A stretch of DNA of 63,119 nucleotides, filler included, from Octopus bimaculoides (lineage: Eukaryota): NCBI RefSeq assembly GCF_001194135.2. It is 4 parts of 4 records of this genome, joined end to end, with 100 filler letters (N's around TTAATTAATTAA, not from the genome) between each part and the next. Parts side by side here need not be neighbours in the genome. Positions count along the whole stretch, not along the records: positions 61,970 to 63,119 come from NW_026341882.1; 3 more parts are not named here. The stretch is one strand, 5' to 3'. The notes under the pieces were generated by a model. The model was not told where the DNA came from, did no database searches, and was given only the letters and a program-made list of their open reading frames with translations. Below are positions 62,721 through 63,119 of the stretch, piece by piece. A program made the position numbers and the translations under genes. How positions within the stretch are numbered: position 1 is the first letter of the stretch; each line of letters starts with the position of its first letter.

Positions 62721-63119
62721 AAAGCGGCGAATTTGGCAGAACCGTTACCGCGCCGGGCGAAATGCTTAGCGGTATTTCGTCCGTCTTTACGTTCTGAGTT
62801 CAAATTCCGCCTTTCGGGATCGATAAATTAACTACCAGCTGAGCACTGGGGGGTCGGTGTAATCGACTTTCCCACTACCCCGAAATTGCTGGCCTTGTGC
62901 CAAAATTTGGAATCAATATATAAGGAGTGGCTATGTAGTAAGAAGCTTACTTACCAACCACATGGTTCCGGCTTCAGTCTCACTGCGTGGCACCTTGGGC
63001 AAGTGTCATCTACTATAGCCTCGGCCCGACCAAAGCCTTGTGAGTGGATCTGGTAGACGGAAACTGAAAGAAGCCTGTCGTATATATATATATATATTTG
63101 TGTGTGTGTGTGTGTGTGT
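62721..63119 (+). mobile_element. SINE family B copy followed directly by a SINE family A head
   Basis: Family B at 62721-62915 and family A from 62922 into (TA)n(TG)n at the window end. Confidence 0.9.

Noticed and set aside
61391-63119. SECIS element or GPx exon 2
   Set aside because: No QEP-encoding exon or convincing AUGA-AA-GA kink-turn stem was seen. Both are expected beyond the window.

Overview
AT-rich, gap-ridden eukaryotic draft sequence. Its microsatellite load and SINE families suggest an octopod cephalopod (inference from pattern recognition, not a database hit). Most of the window is non-coding or decayed transposons: tRNA-derived SINEs, Penelope-like (RT plus GIY-YIG) fragments, R4/Dong-like, Tx1/L1-like and RTE LINE remnants, one end-to-end hAT (Buster/Charlie-like) element with an 8-bp TSD, and Tc1, mariner and DD37D remnants. 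The one well-supported host gene is at the right end: the first coding exon (60953-61390, +) of a secreted GPx3-like glutathione peroxidase. Its in-frame TGA at 61295 falls on the catalytic selenocysteine position, so the ORF track splits the exon in two. The SECIS and later exons were not found in the window. The most unusual non-coding signal is a set of type I hammerhead ribozyme motifs from at least three unrelated sequence families. Two identical copies lie in tandem in Penelope pLTRs (7994-8039 and 9054-9099). A divergent pair lies inside a 561-bp fold-back element (15166-15726). One monomer-competent motif lies inside an inverted-repeat-bounded element (33488-33543). A looser candidate sits at 2198-2283. 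All structures were folded by eye and none is experimentally shown. Nearly all ORF-track entries containing X runs or dipeptide repeats are gap or microsatellite artefacts. TE and SINE boundaries are approximate unless TIRs or TSDs are quoted.
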